NCBI RefSeq assembly: GCF_000150275.1
Contig: NW_002060975.1
Span: 204,993 to 268,992, forward strand
Source: Trichoplax adhaerens
Lineage: Eukaryota; Animalia; Placozoa
Direction: 5' to 3'
Length of the DNA stretch: 64,000 bases
In this document: piece after piece, positions 63,143 to 64,000 of the stretch
How the letters are laid out: every line of letters begins with the position of its first letter
How positions within the stretch are numbered: position 1 is the stretch's first letter
Made by a program: the position numbers and the translations under genes
The notes under the pieces: model-generated
Databases searched by the model: none
Told to the model about the DNA's origin: nothing
Seen by the model: only the letters and a program-made list of their open reading frames with translations

Positions 63143-64000
63143 ATTCACATATTAATCTTGGAAATTATTGTTGATATTTCTCTCTAACCAACCGTAGAGT
63201 TTTCAGTTGAAATGATGATCGAAATGCTTACTGTTTTATTTGAATGATCCAATCTAGCGGTATGTGATGTAAGTACAAAAACTTAAACTGATTTCTACGC
63301 CTTATTACATGCATTTTATCAATGATAGAATTTACTATACAATATCGCTTAACATTATTCTGCATGATGAATATGTGACAAGCAATTCTTAATAAATACT
63401 AAGATATTACCTTGCATTACTATTAATAATGATTTAACGGAAAGAGTTGTCGCATCAATCACGTACATTCGCCATCCAGCCTCAAAATAGGAATGCAATG
63501 ACAATAAATGATTAGCTGTCAAAAAAAACAAGGCTGAAATTGCAGCTGTACCTGGCATTTGTTATGTCTTTAAGGTCACATCGTACGTGTCTCTCAAACA
63601 ATTATACATTGAGACATATCTATCAAGTTTAGCTATTTCCCATTACTTTATAGCAATATGTTCTGTTTACCAGATGTTATATTAAACTGTTCCAATCATC
63701 TCAGTAAATCAATACCATAGCCATACCTGGCACTTAAAGTGTGTCAATTAAATATGACAATAACTTAAAATTACTATTGCTCATAACCAATCAAGAAAAT
63801 TGTGACTAAAAAATCTCAAACGCAGTCTTTTTATAGATAAAATTCAGTTGCAAAGTAGGTAAAACTAAGAAGTAAGTGACCGTCGGTAAGTAGTTTATTT
63901 CGTATAGACGATGTTAAAATTGCCTTATGACAAGATTAATATAACTTCACTTTATCACCTGATAGCACATATTACAGTGCGATATTTGACTTGGATATNT

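Noticed and set aside
885-63558. The many 60-90 aa ORFs in the ORF track outside the called genes
   Set aside because: They have I/L/F/K/N/Y-rich composition expected from random AT-rich DNA, often non-ATG starts, or are antisense shadows of real exons
1-64000. CRISPR arrays, tRNA/rRNA genes, prokaryotic operons
   Set aside because: None seen; the window is intron-containing eukaryotic DNA

Overview
AT-rich eukaryotic genomic DNA with short GT-AG introns. The style suggests a non-bilaterian animal such as a placozoan, but this is inference only. (1) On the + strand (about 3135-18205) there is a 25-exon adhesion GPCR gene that I assembled by hand into one open frame of about 1097 aa: signal peptide, two C-type lectin domains, a Thr-rich mucin stalk, a GAIN/GPS domain with an intact HL|T site, a 7TM domain and possibly two alternative C-tails. 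(2) A 545-bp solo LTR with a 5-bp target-site duplication follows at 19406-19950. (3) On the - strand lies a tandem array of six single-exon class A (rhodopsin-like) GPCRs of one orphan family (23-63 kb), plus at least three decayed fragments of the same family. (4) A type-B carboxylesterase pseudogene at about 29.8-31.2 kb has lost its catalytic Ser region. The most striking structure is the copy at 49 kb: its CDS is nearly identical to the 42-kb gene, its flanks are old and diverged, and the 3' end of a different paralog is stranded right behind it. This looks like a recent cassette-style overwrite of one receptor by its neighbour, although misassembly must be excluded.
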